Below, one piece after another: positions 11,661 through 23,316 of a stretch of DNA of 64,000 nucleotides. The notes below the pieces were generated by a model. It was given only the letters and a program-made list of their open reading frames with translations, did not search any database and was not told where the DNA came from. The translations under genes were made by a program, and so were the position numbers. The stretch lies in NCBI GenBank assembly GCA_963849325.1, contig CAWKHF010000007.1:192001-256000 (forward strand), written 5' to 3'. Each line of letters begins with the position of its first letter. The stretch's first letter is position 1. Source of the stretch: an uncultured Planctomycetota bacterium (GTDB lineage Bacteria > Planctomycetota > Planctomycetia > Gemmatales > Gemmataceae).

Positions 11661-11835
11661 CCGTGGAAGCCCGCAACTCATGGCACTCGGGCGTCTCCAG
11701 CAGCTGCTTCATGCAATCCCACCGCAGCGGATCGGTGCAGCCCTCGTTGAGCTGCGGATCAAACTCGAACGCGGCGCCGTGAAAATCGGCAACGGCCTGG
11801 GCCTGGCGCTCCTCGTCACCCAGGCCGGCGAGACG
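11660..11835 (-). pseudogene. Internal slice of a larger gene (resembles the N-terminal region of planctomycete VWA/ViaA-like proteins)
   Basis: RLAGLGDEERQAQAVADFHGAAFEFDPQLNEGCTDPLRWDCMKQLLETPECHELRAST with no own start or stop; family call is from recollection. Confidence 0.4.
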
Positions 11836-12262
11836 TAGTCGCCGACCAGCCGGGCCATGCTCTCCGTCGCCGCCAAGCGCAGAGCTTGACAGATGGCCTC
11901 CCAGCCGGCGTCGGCCGGCAAGCCCAGCGCCTTTCGCGCTTCCTCCAGGCCCATCTTCGCGCTGAACGCCCGCTGCCACTCGGCGGTACTGCCGTGCCCG
12001 GTGCTGGTGTCGTAGGTCTTGTAGCCGTCTAGAAAGCCTTTCTTCATTGCCTGATCCTTCTCGATCTCGAAGGGTTTCTCGCAGCCGGGCAGGCCAAGGC
12101 GTTCCAGGTGCTTACATTGGCATCTTGTCCGCCATGCTGGGCAACTGCACCCCCAGAAGCGCTTGGTCGCATGCTGGCTGACGACGTAGATTCGGTCGCT
12201 CGTCTCTGAGCGGATCTCGGTTCGGTTGATCCAGGTGTTCTCCTTGCTCAGTAGGACTCCTT
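11835..12262 (-). pseudogene. SWIM zinc-finger protein remnant with J-domain-like start of the C-terminal part
   Basis: WGCSCPAWRTRCQCKHL (CxC..CxH) is in frame with MKKGFLDGYKTY...EEARKALGL. There is an in-frame TGA upstream and the 3' end is truncated. Confidence 0.55.
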
Positions 12263-12551
12263 CTCAAGTAGAATGGCCGTTGTCGAACGAGGGATTTACC
12301 GTGCCGGTCTTGACCGAGTTCGCAGGGCGGCAAGGAGCGTGGACTTGGCTTTGAGAGTCGTCAGCAGAGACCCGAAACAGAACCGGCTCTTCCCTTTGCC
12401 GGTACAGCGAGCAATGTCCCCTGCTACGCCTCCTCCTTGAGGAGCGTGGGTGAGAAGGTGGAAGCCGGCCCAGAAGTGACCGTCCGAGTATTCGATGGGC
12501 GATGTGCAGCGGCCTTCGGCCCCCAACGATGAGCGACAAGAGAGCGCGTCG

Positions 12552-13190
12552 ATGAACGAGCGTCAGTGGCTGGCATGCAACGATCCGGGGAGGATGTTGA
12601 GGGAAATCGGCCACCTGGGCGTGAGCTATCGAAAGTGCCGCCTGTTCTGCTGTGGGTACTGTCGCTGCTTCTTTTGGGATCATCTACCCAATGGCATCAG
12701 GGACGCCATCGAAGTAGCGGAGGCTTACGCGGACGAGGCCGCAAGTAAATACAGGCTGCGGAAAGCCCAGAAAGCCTTCGGTTCCGTGGAGGAACTGACG
12801 AACGCCCAATGGCGGGCAAACCTGGTCGCCCAAGTTGCCGTTTCTCCCGTCAGCCCCTTCGCCTCGGCTTGCCTGCTGCTGGAGAACCGGAACACTCTGC
12901 CTTGGAGGGGCGGCAAGAAGGCTGTCGCCCGACTCATCAGGGAGATCTTCGGTTACCCATTCGGCCCTGCCATCGTCGTCGCGGACCCCGTCCTCACCTG
13001 GAACGACGGCACCATCCAACAACTGGCGCGAGCGATCTATGACAGGCGATCCTTTGACCACTTGCCCGTCCTGGCAGATGCCCTTGAAGAAGCGGGTTGT
13101 ACCAACCAAAGCCTGCTCAACCACTACCGGAGTGGTGAGGAGCATGTGCGCGGTTGCTGGGCGGTAGACGCGATACTTGGAACGGAGTGA
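12552..13190 (+). CDS. Gemmataceae expanded-family hypothetical protein
   Basis: MNERQWLACNDP...REIFGYPF...LPVLADALEEAGC...HVRGCWAVDAIL signature. Confidence 0.75.
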   Translation: MNERQWLACNDPGRMLREIGHLGVSYRKCRLFCCGYCRCFFWDHLPNGIRDAIEVAEAYADEAASKYRLRKAQKAFGSVEELTNAQWRANLVAQVAVSPVSPFASACLLLENRNTLPWRGGKKAVARLIREIFGYPFGPAIVVADPVLTWNDGTIQQLARAIYDRRSFDHLPVLADALEEAGCTNQSLLNHYRSGEEHVRGCWAVDAILGTE

Positions 13191-13249
13191 TCCCTCAACT
13201 CCTTCTTGGACCTTCACGGTGGGGCGTCCATGCCCCGGTATCGTTCTCC

Positions 13250-13510
13250 CTGAAATGGCCTCGATGCTGGCCAGCTTGATCCGCTTGATCTGGCTCTGGA
13301 CGTAGTCCTTCGCCTTGGCCACGCGGCCGTCGCCGCCCTTGAGCGTGTTCAACTTCTTGAAGATCTCCTGGAGCTTGCCGGCGGCACTGGCGGCCTGGGC
13401 CAGTTGCTTGACATCGGTGGCGGCGAGGATCTGCTCCACTTCCAGCAGGAGACTATTCACGCGCATGCCGGTCGGGTTGGCGATGCGAGCGACGATGCCG
13501 ACCACCTTTA
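13250..13510 (-). pseudogene. C-terminal slice, likely of a MoxR/RavA-like AAA ATPase
   Basis: KVVGIVARIANPTGMRVNSLLLEVEQIL...IKRIKLASIEAI with strong GC3 bias and no N-terminus; family call is from recollection. Confidence 0.45.
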
Positions 13511-13690
13511 CTTCGTGTTGCCGAAGTCGTACTCCTCCAGCGTGATGCCCGCCGCCTCGAAGGCGTTGACGAGCCGCTTGCAGGCCGGACACGGCACCGC
13601 CGTGCTCTCGACACGAAGCAGAAACTGGCGCTGCCGATCCACTTCACGCAGCCGTACCTTGGGTGTCTGGAGGATTGCCCGGTTGGTCAT
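13508..13690 (-). CDS. Small CxxC hypothetical protein (probably truncated)
   Basis: AAAGGAG RBS, ATG, VPCPACK. Confidence 0.45.
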   Translation of the reverse strand: MTNRAILQTPKVRLREVDRQRQFLLRVESTAVPCPACKRLVNAFEAAGITLEEYDFGNTK

Positions 13691-13711
13691 GGGTTCTCCT
13701 TTCTGCTGGAA

Positions 13712-13975
13712 TCAGCAACCCTTGCCGGCGAGGGCCGGGAAGCCAGCCAGAAGATCGGCGAGGGCGTCGGCGGCGCATGCCTGTGTGCCCCGCTCACGCA
13801 CCTGGACGTAACAGGACCAGCAGCCGAGCGGGCGGCCACTCTCCTTATCGTTGGCCGGCTGGTAGCTCACCTAGAGCCGCGTCCGGCCGTTCTCGAAGGC
13901 GAGCAGATCCGTCAGGCGCGACAGCACGGCGTCGATGAATGCACGGCTGCCGGTGATGCGGGTGTTGGCGCTGGC
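13712..13975 (-). pseudogene. Hypothetical gene remnant with an internal TAG
   Basis: RITGSRAFIDAVLSRLTDLLAFENGRTRL*VSYQPANDK...CYVQVRERG...GKGC*. Confidence 0.5.
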
Positions 13976-13989
13976 CGTGAAGACGCCGC

Positions 13990-14134
13990 CGGCGGGTAGA
14001 AGGGGTACAGCCGGTTGGCGTGTGGGGGCCAGCGGCGGAACTGGCGGTCGTGCCGCGCGGATGGGCTGGATCGGCCCCCACGCCTCCTGCGGCGGGATGA
14101 CGGCCAGGACGGTATGGTGCGTCTTGCTCGACAT
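13990..14134 (-). pseudogene. N-terminal slice of a 2'-5' RNA ligase/2H phosphoesterase-family gene
   Basis: MSSKTHHTVLAVIPPQEAWGPIQPIR, then after a shift RHDRQFRRWPPHANRLYPF (first 2H motif region). Confidence 0.6.
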
Positions 14135-14405
14135 ACTCGACGGTTCCCAGAACGAATCGCTCCGCAACAGAAACCATGCAGGATTTCTTGCCGCGCTGAG
14201 TCTCGCGCCCACCATCCGTTCCTTCAAGCTCGATGCCGAGGTTGACCAGAAGCTGGAAACCGATCTGTGCTCCGCCACCCGGACACGCTGTCCGACACGA
14301 TGGCCCTGTTGTCGATGCCGTGAAGGTCCAGGGAGGATGGCTGGATCAGAAGGGACTATGACAGGCGATGATCCGAGCGTAGACAGGATCGGCACCAGTC
14401 GAAGG

Positions 14406-15074
14406 CTACGAGACAAGTCGCTGGCAGACCCGGTTCAGAAGTTCGGCCATGCTCTCCTGATACAGTTCGACCTGGAACGATTCGGCAACGCACTCGAACG
14501 TCGTATCGTGGAACCAGAAGACGTAATGGTTCAAGCCACGCCACCGGGTAGGATCGTAGCAGTGGTGGACCTTGTTGATCGCCTCCAGTTCCGCCAGCCA
14601 GCGAGAGTTCACGATCTTCTGGGCGGTGTAACCGTCAAGTCCTCGCCCGCTCAGGGGGTGGCCCTCGAATACTTCGTCGTTCGGCGTTCCCAGCTTGGCC
14701 GAGGCACAGCCAAAGAACTCGACCAGTGCCAAGTGTGCCATCTTCGAGTCGGCTGGATTCCTGACGCGGACGTAGCTGCCGTCCCAATTCGGGTCGCTTT
14801 CTCGGACGTAGAACGTCACGAAGGTCTTGAGATCGTTGCGGAAGAGATGGGGCAAGGGGGCACCAGCATCCCATTTCACCGGGAAATCAAGCGGGACAGC
14901 GTACTCCTCACCTCTCGCCGCGGCGAGTTCACGTTCCAGTTCCAGAACGGCGTAGTAGGCTGACCAGTATTCCTCCCACTCCCCACCGTGATGCTTCGGG
15001 GCCAGGGCTTTGCCTGCTCTGTCAAACCGTTCCACAGCGGCAGCCAGACGTTTTTCGATCGCTTGGATGGCCAA
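14406..15074 (-). CDS. Hypothetical protein (222 aa)
   Basis: Intact ORF with GTPNDEVFEGHPL...NSRWL...HYVFWFHDTTFECVA motif. Confidence 0.65.
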   Translation of the reverse strand: MAIQAIEKRLAAAVERFDRAGKALAPKHHGGEWEEYWSAYYAVLELERELAAARGEEYAVPLDFPVKWDAGAPLPHLFRNDLKTFVTFYVRESDPNWDGSYVRVRNPADSKMAHLALVEFFGCASAKLGTPNDEVFEGHPLSGRGLDGYTAQKIVNSRWLAELEAINKVHHCYDPTRWRGLNHYVFWFHDTTFECVAESFQVELYQESMAELLNRVCQRLVS

Positions 15075-15298
15075 TGGTACTCGGTCGATGTCAGTGTCTT
15101 GTTGCTCGGGGCAGCACGTTTCCCGCTGCGTTCATTCTATCGAGCGGGAGTTCAGTCGAATTGCGGGCGATCTCGCCTCGTGCGGACGCACGCCATCTGG
15201 CTCCCAGAAGCCTTTCAGCCGTTCCAATAAAAGCCAGATGGCAGCGAATAACCTGTCAGGCAGGAGAGCGAGGATCACCTTCCACGAAAGGGACCAAC

Positions 15299-15517
15299 AT
15301 GCAAGAGCAGGCTCAACAATACGCCATCGGCTGGGGTACACTTTCCCTCATCAACGCTGGCCTGGCACAGTCGAAGGGGCGAAGCGGTCTGTTGTGGTGG
15401 TTGGCTTCGCTGTTCTTTGGCCCGCTGGCTACTTTCCTCATCGTCGTGCTGCCCGCGGTCGAGCTTCACCCTTCCGTTCGAGACGAAGAGAGGAGATCGC
15501 TGACTTCCGCGAGATAA
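15299..15517 (+). CDS. Small two-TM membrane protein
   Basis: GWGTLSLINAGLAQSKGRSGLLWWLASLFFGPLATFLIVV; AAAGGG RBS. Confidence 0.65.
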   Translation: MQEQAQQYAIGWGTLSLINAGLAQSKGRSGLLWWLASLFFGPLATFLIVVLPAVELHPSVRDEERRSLTSAR

Positions 15518-15682
15518 CTGAAAAACGACGGACGCAGCACCCGTTTGTTTATGCCTTCTTCTTTGCCAGACTTTCAATCTGCCCGAGGTCCAGCTCGCCC
15601 TTGGCTCCCCACCGCTTTTGCCGGACGGAATCTCGGGGCGGAACGCCTCGTACAGCGAATAGGCTTCCTCAGCAAGCTCCCT

Positions 15683-15724
15683 CCTTCACAGGGTCGCATG
15701 CTCGCCGGTTACACCACAAACACC
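15683..15724 (-). pseudogene. 5' half of tRNA-His(GUG), truncated after position 40
   Basis: Minus strand G-GTGTTTG-TG-GTGT-AACCGGCGA-GCAT-G-CGACC-CTGTGAA-GG. Shows G-1, U8, A14, G18G19, A21, C32U33, GUG anticodon and A37. No T-arm follows. Confidence 0.7.
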
Positions 15725-15740
15725 ATCACTACCGGAGCAG

Positions 15741-15823
15741 TGACCAGGGAGGGACTTGAACCCTCACGCCACGGTGGGCACGGCCTTCTGAGGACGGCGT
15801 GTCTGCCCTTGCACCACCTGGCC
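15741..15823 (-). tRNA. tRNA-Leu(CAG), degenerate; CCA not encoded
   Basis: Acceptor GGCCAGG/CCTGGTC+A, loop CTCAGAA, long variable arm, T-arm GAGGG-TTCAAGT-CCCTC. C:C mismatch in the anticodon stem. Confidence 0.8.
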
Positions 15824-15877
15824 AGCCCATCGCGCTGCAAGTGCTGCTCGCCGGGCTGGTGACCAGGGCCACTCTCT

Positions 15878-16934
<1,057 letters not shown>

Positions 16935-16938
<4 letters not shown>

Positions 16939-17827
16939 CGCTTCTCTCCTCGCGTCCGTGTACGTCAGGGCTTCCGCGATCTCTCGGCGTTCGCGGTGTT
17001 CCAGCCAGGCCTTGGCCGCCAGCGTCACCAGGGCCAGCAGCGTCAGCACCGAGGCGACGGCGAACGAGCCGGGCGTGTTGTACTCCTGAAACAGCTTCTC
17101 CACGCGCAGCGGCATGGTGTCGGTGCGGCCGGCGATGTGGCCGGAGACGACGTAGACGGCGCCGAACTCGCCCATGGCGCGGGCGTTGCACAGGATGACG
17201 CCGTACAGCACGCCCCAGCGGATGTTCGGCCAGGTGACGCGCCAGAACATCTGCCAGCCGTTGGCCCCCAGGCTGACGGCGGCCACGTCCTCCTCCGGCC
17301 CGACCGCCTCCATCACCGGGATCAGCTCGCGGGCCACGAACGGCAGCGTCACGAACGCCGTCACCAGGATCAGCCCCGGCGTGGCGAAGAGGATCTTCAC
17401 GCCGTGTTCGCGCAGCCAGGGACCGAAGTAGCCCTGCAGGCCGAACAGCAGCACGAACATCAGCCCGGCCACGACCGGCGACACGGAGAACGGCAGGTCG
17501 ATCAGGGTCAGCAGCAGGGCGCGTCCGGGGAAGCGGAAGCGGGCGATGGCCCAGGCGCCGGCCACGCCGAAGACGAGGTTGGCGAACACCGCCGCCGGCG
17601 CCACCGTCAGCGTCAACAGAATGGCGTGCCGCGTGTTGGCGTCGCCGAACAGGTTGTGCGCAGTACACGGCCACACCCCGGCTGAGAGCCTGGCAGAAGA
17701 CGTTGACGACCGGCACGATCACCAGCACGGTGAGGACCAGGACGGCGGCGAGCGTCAGCCCGACGCGCACCGGCCAGGGATCGCGGTTGAGGGGGCGGCC
17801 CAGCACATTCGTTCGATCACGTTGCAC
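16935..17827 (-). CDS. cysW: Sulfate ABC permease; frameshift near 17670
   Basis: [32 protein letters not shown]. Confidence 0.9.
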
Positions 17828-18643
17828 GATTCTTGCTCCATCGCTCCAGCAGGTTGATGGCGCCCAGCAGGACGAACGACAGCAGCAGCAGCACGACGGC
17901 CAGCGCCGTCGCCTCGCCGTAGGCGAACTCCTCCAGGCGGGCGACGATCAGCACCGGGGCGATCTCGGTGTGGAACGGCTTGTTGCCCGAGACGAAGACC
18001 ACCGAGCCGTACTCTCCCAGAGCACGCGGCGAAGGCCAGGGCGAAGCCGGTCAGCAGCGGCGGCAACAGCGGCGGCCACAGCACCCGACGAAACGTCTGC
18101 CAGCGGTTGGCCCCCAGCGTGGACGCCGCCTCCTCCAGCTCCGGCTCCAGTCCCTCCAGCACCGGCTGCACGGTCCGCACCACGAACGGGAAGCCGGTGA
18201 AGATCAGCACCAGCACGATGCCCAGCCGCGAGTACGCTCCCTCGATGCCCAGCGGCACGAGATACCGTCCCAGCCAGCCGCTGGGCACGTAGAGGCTGGA
18301 GTACACCAGTCCCGCCACCGCCGTCGGCAGGGCGAACGGCAGATCGACCAGGGCGTCGAAGAGCCGCTTGAGCGGGAAGGCGTAGCGCACCAGCACCCAG
18401 GCGACGAGCAGGCCGAGCACGGCGTTGACCGCCGCCGCCGTCAGCGAGGCGCCGAAGGTCAGGGCGTAGGCCGACCGCGTGCGTTCGTTCCAGACGGCGT
18501 CCCAGAACTGCGCCGGACTCAGCGAGGCCGCCTGGAGAAAACAGGCCCCCAGCGGGATCAGCACGAGCAGGCTGAGATAGACACACCGCGTAGCCCAGGC
18601 TCAGCGAGAACCCCGGCAGTACGCGCCGGCTCACCACAGACAT
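17817..18643 (-). CDS. cysT: Sulfate ABC permease; frameshifts near 18580 and 18025
   Basis: [35 protein letters not shown]. Confidence 0.9.
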
Positions 18644-18819
18644 GGACCGTCCTCCTCATACCGATGGAGTACGTCGCGCAGCTCGCGCCACAACTCCAAC
18701 TCCACATCGATAAACGGTCCCTTGAGACCGTGCCGCAGGGCCACGCCATACGCGGTTGCCGTCAACTCGGCCAGCAAGTCCTCGGCAACGGACACCGACT
18801 CTCCGTCCGCGGTTGTCAT
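18631..18819 (-). CDS. Small 62-aa hypothetical protein inside the sulfate operon
   Basis: [39 protein letters not shown]; overlaps the cysT start. Confidence 0.6.
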   Translation of the reverse strand: MTTADGESVSVAEDLLAELTATAYGVALRHGLKGPFIDVELELWRELRDVLHRYEEDGPCLW

Positions 18820-18840
18820 GATTCGCCTCCCTTCCCCCAA

Positions 18841-19865
18841 TTAACGACTCGGTTGGTAGATTGCGTCGAAGACCCCGCCGTTGGCGAAGAACTTCTGCTG
18901 GGCGTCCTCCCAACTCGCGGCGACGGACGGTGACTGGGAACAGCTTCAGCTCCGGCAGCTGCGCCGAGTACTGGCGCCGCACGTCCTCGTTGATCGGCCG
19001 ATAGTGGTGATGCGCCAGGATGTGCTGGGCCTCGTCGGTGTAGAGGAAGCGCAGGTACGCCTCGGCGACGGCCCGCGTGCCTTTGCGATCGACGTTGGCG
19101 TCCACCACGGCCACGAACGGCTCGGCCCGGATGCTCCGCGACGGATAGACGATCTCCAGCTCGCCCGGCGTCTCGGCCACCTCCAGATACGCCTCGTTCT
19201 CCCAGGTGAGGTGGACGTCGCCGATCTTCTTCTGGGCGAAGGTCGTGGTCGAGCCGCGCGCCCCGTTGTCGAGGACCGGCGTGTGCTGATACAGTTGCGT
19301 CACGAAATCGCGGGCCTCCTCCTCCGAACCGCCGCGCTTGCCGCACCGCGCCCCAGGCCGCCAGGAAGCTGAGCCGGCCGTTGCCGGACGTCTTCGGGTT
19401 GGGCGTGACGACCTCGACGCCCGGCTTGACCAGGTCGGGCCAGTCCTGGATGTCCTTGGGATTGCCCTTGCGGACCACGAAGACGATGGTCGAGAAGTAC
19501 GGCAGCGAATGCTCCGGCAGGCGCTCCTCCCAGCCGTCGCGGATCAGCCCTTGCTTGCGCAGCGCGTCGGTGTCGGACCACAGGGCCAGGGTAACCACGT
19601 CGGCTTCCAGGCCGTCGATGACCGCCCGCGCCTGGCTGCCGGAGCTGCCGTGCGACTGCCGGATCAGCACCGCTTGCCCCGTTCGTTGCTCATATTGCGG
19701 AATGAACTTCGCGTTCAGGTCTCGCCACAGCTCGCGCGTCGGATCGTAGGAGACATTCAGCAGCTCAACCTGGTCCGTATCTCTCCTCCCGCAACCCATT
19801 CCGAGGGCGGGAATCGACCCCAGGATGAGTGTTAAAGCCAACGCCAGTCGCGTCTTCCGTCTCAT
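18841..19865 (-). CDS. sbp: Sulfate-binding protein; frameshifts near 19340 and 18925
   Basis: [36 protein letters not shown]. Confidence 0.92.
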
Positions 19866-19891
19866 AAGCGTTCTCCTCGAACGAAAGAGTT

Positions 19892-19917
19892 CCCGCTCCC
19901 TAACGGTCGCGGCTCGG
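19892..19917. repeat. Single REP-like arm in the sbp leader
   Basis: CCCGCTCCCTAACGGTCGCG matches the arm at 31624-31643 with 1 mismatch. Confidence 0.6.
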
Positions 19918-19938
19918 TCGAATTGGTAACGAAAAACT

Positions 19939-19974
19939 ATGTTTATCATATTAGTCATGTTTATCATGTTAGTG
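19939..19974. promoter_or_regulatory. 18-bp tandem repeat (9-bp sub-period), candidate operator of the sulfate operon
   Basis: ATGTTTATCATATTAGTC / ATGTTTATCATGTTAGTG in an AT-rich region upstream of sbp. Confidence 0.55.
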
Positions 19975-20238
19975 ATTATCGGTTTTTCTCTGCTAAAGTC
20001 AAGCAGAAAAACAGAGCGAAAAAGCGAAGGCAAGTTCTGATCGAGAATTCGAACTCGCAAGTCCTTCTATGATAAGAGCTAATGGAAAAGACTTGGTGAA
20101 GCACCAAGAGGAAGTGGAATCGAGAATGGCTGCATTGTCGGCAGATCCCGATCCGATTTGAAGGCAGGAGACCATTTTTCCGGCATCACGTCCCGAGGCG
20201 CGATGCCTGGAAAGTCGAAGCACCCCGGAGGCCAGTTG

Positions 20239-21001
20239 ATGCCGCGGACCATCCCCGTCGCCCTGTTCGCCCTGTTGGCGGTGACGTCACTGGGACGCGC
20301 AGGCGGAGATAGCCTGGGCTGCAAGCTGCGCTGCGTGGTGCCGCCGCCGCCGCCGCCCTGCCCCGATTGCTCCACCGGCCCCTGCGATCGCCGATTGGTA
20401 TGCACTCTGTTTCCTCCGTCGCACGCCCGCAACCTCGTCTCGGAGTTGGCGTGTGAGGACTCCTGCAAGCGGGTCGGCGTGGTCCGCAAGCTGGGCTGCC
20501 GCCTGCACGCCGATGTCTGCCGAGAGCACCTATGTGCTGGATGCCTTGCTCCGCGCCTTGCAGTGCGATCCTTGTTGGGAGGTACGGCGGCAGGCCGCCT
20601 GGTCCCTGATGCTCCAGAACGCACGCACGGAACCGACCGTGCTGGCCCTGTATCTGTCGGCCCGGATCGATCCGCACTACATGGTCCGCATCCGCGCCGC
20701 CGAGGCGTTGGACATCCTCACGCTCGGCAAGGAAGAGTGCTACAAGGAGTTGTACAAGGCCGCCGATCCGCTCCTAGTGGTTCTGCGGAGCAAGGGCTAT
20801 CAGCCCGGCCGAGACTGCTGTCTGATCACCGCCGCCACGTCCTGCTCGCCCGGAGGGGGATTATCGGTATCGACAACGCTGCCGGAGACGCCCGAGGAGA
20901 AGCGCGGCGAAGAAGAAACGCCTTCCGAGCCGGAGAAAGTCCCCATCGAGAAACTGCCGCTGCCCAAAAAGCCTGAAAAACTGCCCAAGCCCAAGGAGTG
21001 A
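20239..21001 (+). CDS. Secreted Cys-rich HEAT-repeat protein; frameshift near 20525
   Basis: Signal peptide, many Cys, DPCWEVRRQAAWSL, DPHYMVRIRAAEAL. Confidence 0.65.
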
Positions 21002-21052
21002 ACGCCTCGCCGTCCGCCTGACGTTTGACGGCGGCACGCGCGGCTTCCCCGT

Positions 21053-22506
21053 CTACGCCAACGGCAACGGCGTCGCGGGGACGGACGGCAACACCTCATC
21101 CGGGCGCGTGCAATCGGGCAGCCGAACCGTGAACGTCGTACCCTGGCCGAGCGTGCTGGCGACCTTGATGGTCCCGCCATGAGCGGCGACCACGGCCTGG
21201 CAGATGCTCAAGCCTAATCCCAGTCCCCGCGAGGGGTCCGCGCGCTGACGGGCCTTGTCGCCCTGGTAGAAACGCTCGAAGACGTGCGGTAAATCGTGTG
21301 GGGCGATGCCGGCCCCGCTGTCCGTCACTTCGAGGACACACTGATGCTGGTCGTCGTCGAGGAAGAAAGCGAGAGAGACTCGACCGTGCGCAGGCGTGAA
21401 CTTGATGGCGTTGTCGAGCAGATTGTTGACGACTTGCCACAGTCGGTTGCCGTCGCCGTGGATCAGGGCGGGTTCGAGACGGCGGGCAGCCAGCTCCACC
21501 TCGGCCGCCTCCGCCACCACCTGAAACATCTCCAGCGAGCTGGCGACAATCTGGTCCAGGCGCAACGCTTGCGAATGCAGGCGCAGTCGGCCGGCATCTC
21601 CTTCGGCCAACAGAAGCAGTTGATTGACCAGGACGCGCATCTGTCCGCACTCTTCCAGCAGGACCGACAGCACCTCCTTGTACTCCTCGGCGCTGCGATC
21701 GGCGTTGAGGGCGATCTCCAGCGAACTTTGCAGGGCGGTGAGCGGCGAGCGCAGCTCGTGGGCGGCGTTGGCGGTGAAGTCGCGGCTCTGCCGTAAATAG
21801 GCGGCAATGCGGTCGAGGAAACGGTTGATCGTCTGCGACAGTTGATCCAGTTCATCGCGGCTGCCGCGCAACGGCAAGCGTTCGTCGAGGTGCGCCGGAT
21901 CGAGCCGTGCCGTCGTGTCGATGATGTGGCCGATGGGACGGGTGGCGCGTCCGGCGAGCAGATAACCGCCGATCGGGGCGGCCAGCAGCAAGAGCATCGC
22001 CACGCCCAGCATCATGCGGGTGAAACGGCCCATCTCCAGATGGGCCTGCGCCAAAGAGCAGCCGACGCGCACGATCCGGGTCTCGCGGCCGGGGAGGAGT
22101 ACCTGCCGGCAGACGACGCGATGATCGCCCACCGTTGCCGGCACGCGAAACGACAGGGCGCGGGCGTGAGAAGATCGGCAGGAGGAGATTGCTCGCTGGA
22201 CCATTCGAGCGTTCCTTGTTTGTCCAGGAGCTGGACGAACAGGCGGCGGCGAGGGTGCCCGGTCGCCTGCCGGTCGAACCGCGCGTGCAGTCGATCCGGT
22301 TGCTCGGCCAGCCGGTGGAAGTCCTGGACGGCGGAGTACAGTTCTTCCGTGAGAAACTCGTCCACCATTTGAAAGCGCGTCAAGCGCAGTCCTTCGTGGA
22401 CGGCCACCAGGTTTACCAGCAGAACGGCCAGGACGACGGCGGTGTTCCACAGCGTCAAGCGGAACCGTAAGGTCTGACAGAAATTCCTAACCCGTTCGAA
22501 TCGCAT
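21053..22506 (-). CDS. Sensor histidine kinase (HAMP-HisKA-HATPase, CusS/CzcS-like); frameshift near 22160
   Basis: AHELRSPL, NLLDNAIKF, DSGAGI, GLGLGL. Confidence 0.88.
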
Positions 22507-23159
22507 AACCGCGCCCTCGGATGGTCTGGATGGCCGAGGCGTCGAAGCCGCGATCGAGTTTACCGCGAAGGCGATTGATGTGGACTTCGACGACGTTGGT
22601 CATACCTTCCCAGTCGGCGTACCACAGGTGTTCGCACAGCATTTTGCGGGTGACGACCTGGCCGGCGTGGCGCATCAGGTATTCGAGGAGACTGAATTCG
22701 GTCGGGCTGATGGTGATCTCGACCTCGCCGCGCGTGACGCGCCGCGAGGCCAGGTCCAGGCGCAGATCGCCGACTTGCAAGGTCGGGGAAGGGCGCGTCA
22801 TGGACCGCCGGCACACGCGCCTGGATACGGGCCAGCAGTTCCGGGAAGGCGAAGGGCTTGACGAGATAATCGTCGGCGCCGGTTGTCAATCCCGTCACGC
22901 GCTCCTCGACGGCCCCCAGGGCCGTCAACAGAAGCACGGGCGTCTGGATGCCGGCGTCGCGGATTTCGCGCAGGACGTCCAACCCATTGCGCTTGGGCAG
23001 CAGCAGGTCGAGGATGATCGCGTCGAATTGCTGCGTGCGGGCCAATTTCAGGCCTTTCTCTCCATCCCGCGCCCATTGGCAATCGAAGTTCGCCTCCGAG
23101 AACCCTTGTTGCAAGGCCCGCCCCACCACCGGATCGTCTTCGACAATCAAGAGCTGCAT
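22487..23159 (-). CDS. OmpR-family response regulator; frameshift near 22815
   Basis: LIVEDD, GADDYLVKPF, VEVHINRLRGKL, TIRGRGY. Confidence 0.92.
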
Positions 23160-23316
23160 TCCTGGTTCTCCTCAACTCTTCGTGCCGGCCGCGACCCTCT
23201 TTTCGGCCGCGCCGAGGTTCCCTTCGATGCCAAAAAGGGGGAGGTCCGACTTTTCTATCCATATTGTAATCCAAACGACCGGACGAGGGAAATAGTCAAG
23301 AGGTCGTCGGGTGCAT

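Noticed and set aside
13871-13873. In-frame TAG as possible pyrrolysine or read-through
   Set aside because: It lies in a 5'-truncated remnant within the decayed region; a nonsense mutation is the simpler explanation.
9690-15517. Integron cassette array explanation for the accessory region
   Set aside because: No integron integrase, mixed gene orientation, and no recurring attC-like sites recognised.
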